Shown in pieces: positions 60,006 through 64,000 of a stretch of DNA of 64,000 nucleotides. This DNA comes from Candidatus Heimdallarchaeota archaeon. Lineage in GTDB: Archaea > Asgardarchaeota > Wukongarchaeia > Wukongarchaeales > JBHIFL01. The notes under the pieces were generated by a model. It saw nothing but the letters and a program-made list of their open reading frames with translations. It was not told the DNA's origin and searched no databases. The number at the start of each line of letters is the position of its first letter. The first letter of the stretch is position 1. A program made the position numbers and the translations under genes. The stretch is taken from contig JBHIFL010000010.1 in assembly GCA_046761065.1 (NCBI GenBank), forward strand, positions 1-64,000, given 5' to 3'.

Positions 60006-60911
60006 TTAGCCTCCAATGCGGGTTTTTAATCCAAATTGGGTTAACTTTCTTTCAATTACACTTAATTTTTCAGGAGAGGGTGAGTGGCTTATAAATGGCT
60101 CTTTTGTTTTATTTAACCGTTTAAACTTTTTAACCGCTGCTCGGTGGTAGGGTAGGATACTTAATTCGTTCACATATTTAAGCGATGCCACAAATTTCCC
60201 GGTAGCTATGATGTTTTCTTCGTCATCATTTACTCCAGGAATCAGAGGAAATCGTATAATTATGTTCTTGCCCCGTTGTGAGAGGAGTTTAAGATTTTTT
60301 AAGATAACGTGATTTGAGACGCCAGTAAACTGGATATGTTTGTTATCATCGATCATCTTCAGATCATACAAGAACAAACTCACATCTTCACTGATTCTTA
60401 AAAGAATGTCTGAGTTTACATACCCGCACGTATCGACCGCTGTATGGATCTCCCTTTCTTTGCATGCTTTTAAGAGACAATGTAAGAAGTCTGGTTGCAT
60501 GAAGGGCTCTCCCCCAGAAAATGTGACTCCACCTCCAGATTCATCGTAAAAAGGTACGTCTTTCTCAACTTCATGCATAACTTGGGTAACAGTCATCTCT
60601 TTACCAATCAACTCCAAGGCTGTAGCTGAACACACAGCTACACAGTCACCACATAAGTTACAACGGTTTTTATTTATAGTTAAATCCTCTTGTAAAAACG
60701 AGATTGCGCCTTTTGGACAGCTTTTTTGGCAATCCTGACATTCAAGGCACCTATCTTTCCGCCAGATTAGATGTTGTCTGCTCGCCACGCCTTCTGGGTT
60801 ATGACACCACAAACAGCTTAACGGACATCCTTTCAAGAAGACGGTTGTACGGATACCGGGGCCATCGTGGATTGCGTACCTCTTGATGTCAAAAATCATC
60901 CCTTTCTTCAA
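60006..60911 (-). CDS. Glycyl-radical enzyme activating enzyme (radical SAM with ferredoxin-like insert)
   Basis: HDGPGIRT, CPLSCLWCHNPE, two CxxCxxCxxxC motifs, SGGEP. Confidence 0.93.
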   Translation of the reverse strand: MKKGMIFDIKRYAIHDGPGIRTTVFLKGCPLSCLWCHNPEGVASRQHLIWRKDRCLECQDCQKSCPKGAISFLQEDLTINKNRCNLCGDCVAVCSATALELIGKEMTVTQVMHEVEKDVPFYDESGGGVTFSGGEPFMQPDFLHCLLKACKEREIHTAVDTCGYVNSDILLRISEDVSLFLYDLKMIDDNKHIQFTGVSNHVILKNLKLLSQRGKNIIIRFPLIPGVNDDEENIIATGKFVASLKYVNELSILPYHRAAVKKFKRLNKTKEPFISHSPSPEKLSVIERKLTQFGLKTRIGG

Positions 60912-61004
60912 ATTAAAAGCTCCAAAGTCTACCTATGTTTTCATATAATATTGATAATATAGATATCTTTACTGATGATAGAGTTTTTGTATTTAAAGTC
61001 TGGT

Positions 61005-61421
61005 TCAAATGCGTCTCCAGAATTCATCAGGCGTTGTCATCTTCTGCTTCACAATCGAGATTAAAGCAAGTCGTGTAACATACTCTCGAGCCTTTTGAGC
61101 CTCAGTTTCAAGGTAGGGGAGCCCTTCAACCTTAGCAGAGTATTCGATTCCTTTCATGATCTTTATAACCATTAATAGATAATCTCTTAAAACGGAACAG
61201 ACTGTGCAGGGCTCTGTGCTCAATTTTTCCTTGGCATTTTTTGTAACATCGAGATTATGCCGCACGCTTTGGCGTAAATCCCACTCCACCGCTCGTTTGT
61301 AATTTGCGCAATCCGAACATAGGCTCCAATTTTCGTCAAAGCACTTTTTGCATACAGCGCGCTTACACCGCACACAAAATATCTTAGCTTTCTCTTGTTC
61401 ACAGACTGGACATATCTCCAT
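61005..61421 (-). CDS. Zinc-finger protein
   Basis: CPVC..CVRC..CKKC..CSDC plus CTVC; start MEICPVC after a GGAG RBS. Confidence 0.7.
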   Translation of the reverse strand: MEICPVCEQEKAKIFCVRCKRAVCKKCFDENWSLCSDCANYKRAVEWDLRQSVRHNLDVTKNAKEKLSTEPCTVCSVLRDYLLMVIKIMKGIEYSAKVEGLPYLETEAQKAREYVTRLALISIVKQKMTTPDEFWRRI

Positions 61422-61795
61422 TTTCTCAGCTCCTAACAGACAATAGATGAACTTATATACCCTATCCAAAGAAATCCTTTGAATAATTATAAAGCTGCAA
61501 TAATCTAAGAAGTAGAGAGCTTCCACTTTTCACAGGAATTTTTGAAGCGATTTGCATTCAGATCCTTTAAACAAGCTATGTTGCTGTTTTTGAGAAGGAA
61601 TTAACCGATCTTAACTATGCTCCCATAGAATCGAGCAATTTAATCAAAAATTACCGAGACTGCCTTTTCACCTTTTTACAGTAATTTCTGGAATCCCACA
61701 GATCAACAGGTTTGATAATGAAAGGCATCTCTTTATCCCTTTTTCAGTAAAAATCGGAGGAAAGATATAAAAAGCGGTTTTGTAATCAATAAAAT

Positions 61796-62182
61796 ATGGC
61801 ATTAAGAGGATCGGGGAGGATTCTAAAATTATATTCTCTGTGGACGATAATATATATTATAGTTCTGTATTTCTTTCTCCAGAGCCCGTATCGTGATTAT
61901 TTACTATGGATTATTTTGTTTCTCCTTCTTAAGGACATTCTCATTGACATACTTCCGAAGAGAGGGCCATCGCCGACTTGGTTTGAGCATGCACCTTTAG
62001 TAATAATCATCTCTATCATCGGATTGCTTGGGATTTTCGAAGTAAACCCCTTTATCGGTTTAATCTCGCCATTAACAACCGTAATCGCGATAATTGATAG
62101 TTTTATCGACATCATAGATGATTTTACATATCGAGAGCGCGTACAGCCAGCCCCCGTGAAAAATTATTGGGAGCAAATATAA
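61796..62182 (+). CDS. Small hypothetical membrane protein
   Basis: About four hydrophobic segments; TATA-like gatataaaa upstream. Confidence 0.55.
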   Translation: MALRGSGRILKLYSLWTIIYIIVLYFFLQSPYRDYLLWIILFLLLKDILIDILPKRGPSPTWFEHAPLVIIISIIGLLGIFEVNPFIGLISPLTTVIAIIDSFIDIIDDFTYRERVQPAPVKNYWEQI

Positions 62183-62345
62183 CTTCCTTTAAATTTTTCA
62201 TTTCCAGTTTCATGTAGGGCGGTTAGCTATACATATTGCTTCACAGATATTATTTATTAATGAGATAAATCCTCGCGAGTTGGATTTTACGTCTCTAGAG
62301 TGCTATAAGGATTATTTTTATTTAAAACCAATTTAATCAAATATT

Positions 62346-63032
62346 TCAGCCGATCTTCCCAATACCTCCACAGAAACAGGTAATATACTCGATACTGACT
62401 TGAACCGCCTCTTTCAACTTTTGCTCGTCGATTCCTGGAACTCCACAGATCAGCATTAACACATGGCGAGTTTGTGGTGTAATTTTCGAATCGTCTGCAT
62501 CTCGATAAGGATAGATCGCAACAAGCTTATTCGCATCAGAAACGACGATCTCCCCTCCTTGCAGCCCTTTTGAATCTTTCCACCCAATTCCACGAAAGAT
62601 TTCCCCGGCTCGTGCATACCGAAGCAGTAATTCGCCCTCCAGTTTGTCTCGATCAAACGCTGCGATCGCAATCTCCGTTTTAATCGAGGCTAAATTATAT
62701 GCATCGACCACTGTGTTAATACGGGGAATGGGTTTCCCAGCCAAAATACGACGGACCAGCGCTTCCGAGGCAGGACGTATTTTCGTTGGATCAATACCCA
62801 CACGCCAAAAGAAATCTCGATACATACGGAAGGTCTGGAGGTCTCGGAGCAAGTCAAGATCATACTTCTTTTGAACATCTGCAACAATCTGTTCCTTGAA
62901 ATTCAATAACTTTTTGCTCTCTTTACTTACTTCTATACCACTGACGGAGCATAGTAAGGCTTGGAGTTGCGGGAAATCCATGTGCAGATCCGGATCGACC
63001 TTTAGCCACATTGAAAAACTACCTATGGACAT
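62346..63032 (-). CDS. Stand-alone B3/B4 (PheT-like tRNA-editing) domain protein
   Basis: YRDFFWRVGIDPTK.RPASEAL.RR, IN.VVD.YNLAS, YPYRD. Confidence 0.88.
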   Translation of the reverse strand: MSIGSFSMWLKVDPDLHMDFPQLQALLCSVSGIEVSKESKKLLNFKEQIVADVQKKYDLDLLRDLQTFRMYRDFFWRVGIDPTKIRPASEALVRRILAGKPIPRINTVVDAYNLASIKTEIAIAAFDRDKLEGELLLRYARAGEIFRGIGWKDSKGLQGGEIVVSDANKLVAIYPYRDADDSKITPQTRHVLMLICGVPGIDEQKLKEAVQVSIEYITCFCGGIGKIG

Positions 63033-63464
63033 ATCATTGTGTATAAAAATGATAACTCCAAAGCATATTTCTATCTTTTTGTGGTGATTTAATACCCCTC
63101 ACTGTGTAAACACCTCTTTTGATGAGATTCCAAACATCTACAGTTTCGAACTTTAAAATTCCATATGAAATGCTTTCCAAAGATGGGCTCCTTTTTGTGT
63201 GTGCTCACAATTTAGGCACACACAGGTTGTGATATTCATGATTTTCCAGCCGTTACGCGTGAAAGGAAGTGCAAAGCAATAGGTACAAACGAGTGTGTAT
63301 AGGCGATGTGGAAAAAACCCATTAACAAACTATTAACATCTGAATAATCGGATACACTCGTTGTTGTGTAAATTATCTTATTCTGTAACAAACATCTCAT
63401 TGAAAGAATTCCAATCATGTTATATATTTAGATTGCAAATTGGATGTGAGACTCTCATAGCTTT

Positions 63465-63998
63465 CTAGGGGTAGGGAGTTGTTGGAAGGCCATAAAGAAA
63501 GACTCCAAAATGAGTCGCAAAAAGTAGTAACAAACCAAAGAGAACTTGTTTGACCAAACGAGCAGGGTTCGCATGGCGCTTCTTCAATGTACTGAGGGTT
63601 AGTCCAGCTATATATATTAGAAAACTGGTGCTGAGATAACTCAGCCAAAGCTTCGTAGCTGCGTCAGCAGTGCTCCAATCTTTTTGAATGGCCCATGATA
63701 ACGCGCCCACGACAACCAGAGTAGCTGCATAGAATACTCCTAATTTCCCTTGGCCAAACCATAACGGGAGGTCTTCGCCCTCCTCTTTCAACCACCTTTT
63801 ACGATGCCAACTTAAAATGAAAAGGCTCAATAAAACAAATCCAACTGTTAAGATAGTTACAGGGCCAATATATTGCCCCACATGTTCCCAAAAGCCAATA
63901 GTATTCCATAAGAGCTCCCCCGTTCGTCCATCAAAAACATAAACATTGGGACCGGAAACTGCAAGAGCATCACCAACTCCATCTTGATTAAAATCTCC
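63465..63998 (-). CDS. 3' part of an FG-GAP/PQQ beta-propeller membrane protein (truncated by the window edge)
   Basis: The frame is open from the edge: GDFNQDGVGDALAV...VYVFDGRTGELLW, then about four TM helices. Confidence 0.7.
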   Translation of the reverse strand, partial: GDFNQDGVGDALAVSGPNVYVFDGRTGELLWNTIGFWEHVGQYIGPVTILTVGFVLLSLFILSWHRKRWLKEEGEDLPLWFGQGKLGVFYAATLVVVGALSWAIQKDWSTADAATKLWLSYLSTSFLIYIAGLTLSTLKKRHANPARLVKQVLFGLLLLFATHFGVFLYGLPTTPYP

Positions 63999-64000
63999 TA

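Noticed and set aside
264-63648. Numerous short antisense or overlapping ORFs in the six-frame track (e.g. 53581..54102, 57923..58432)
   Set aside because: They are shadows of well-supported genes and have no motifs of their own.

Overview
This is a gene-dense archaeal window, most likely from an Asgard archaeon. That is an inference from several longin/roadblock-like cytoplasmic modules of the 'SGF..A...F' type, a Vps62-like protein, a PAC2 chaperone, AMP phosphorylase, PIP-box DNA repair enzymes and GGAGG/AGGTGA ribosome-binding sites. No rRNA, tRNA, CRISPR array or transposase was recognised. Main blocks: (1) 0.2-7.6 kb, two convergent paralogous giant surface proteins (Ig/FN3-like repeats, one TM helix, cytoplasmic longin-like plus winged-helix tail); (2) 7.8-14 kb, housekeeping genes, including an AMP phosphorylase that appears to start at CUG; (3) 14-45 kb, a cyclic-amide/amino-acid catabolic region (Dpp ABC transporter, hydantoin racemase, two HyuA and three HyuB hydantoinase/oxoprolinase subunits, non-pyrrolysine MttB, AbgB-like amidohydrolase) with TA modules and pseudogenes; (4) 46-55 kb, Vps62-like, longin plus 7TM pair, aconitase X, MutY-like, and a degenerate CPBP-longin fusion; (5) 56.5-61 kb, a HypD-like glycyl radical enzyme whose Cys-x-Glu motif reads Cys-Val-Thr, with its activase and an amine-dehydrogenase-like neighbour; (6) the 3' end of an FG-GAP beta-propeller membrane protein at the right edge. 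The best candidates for new biology are the variant glycyl radical enzyme locus and the set of membrane proteins sharing a longin-like output domain. All family assignments come from motif recognition by eye, not from database searches.
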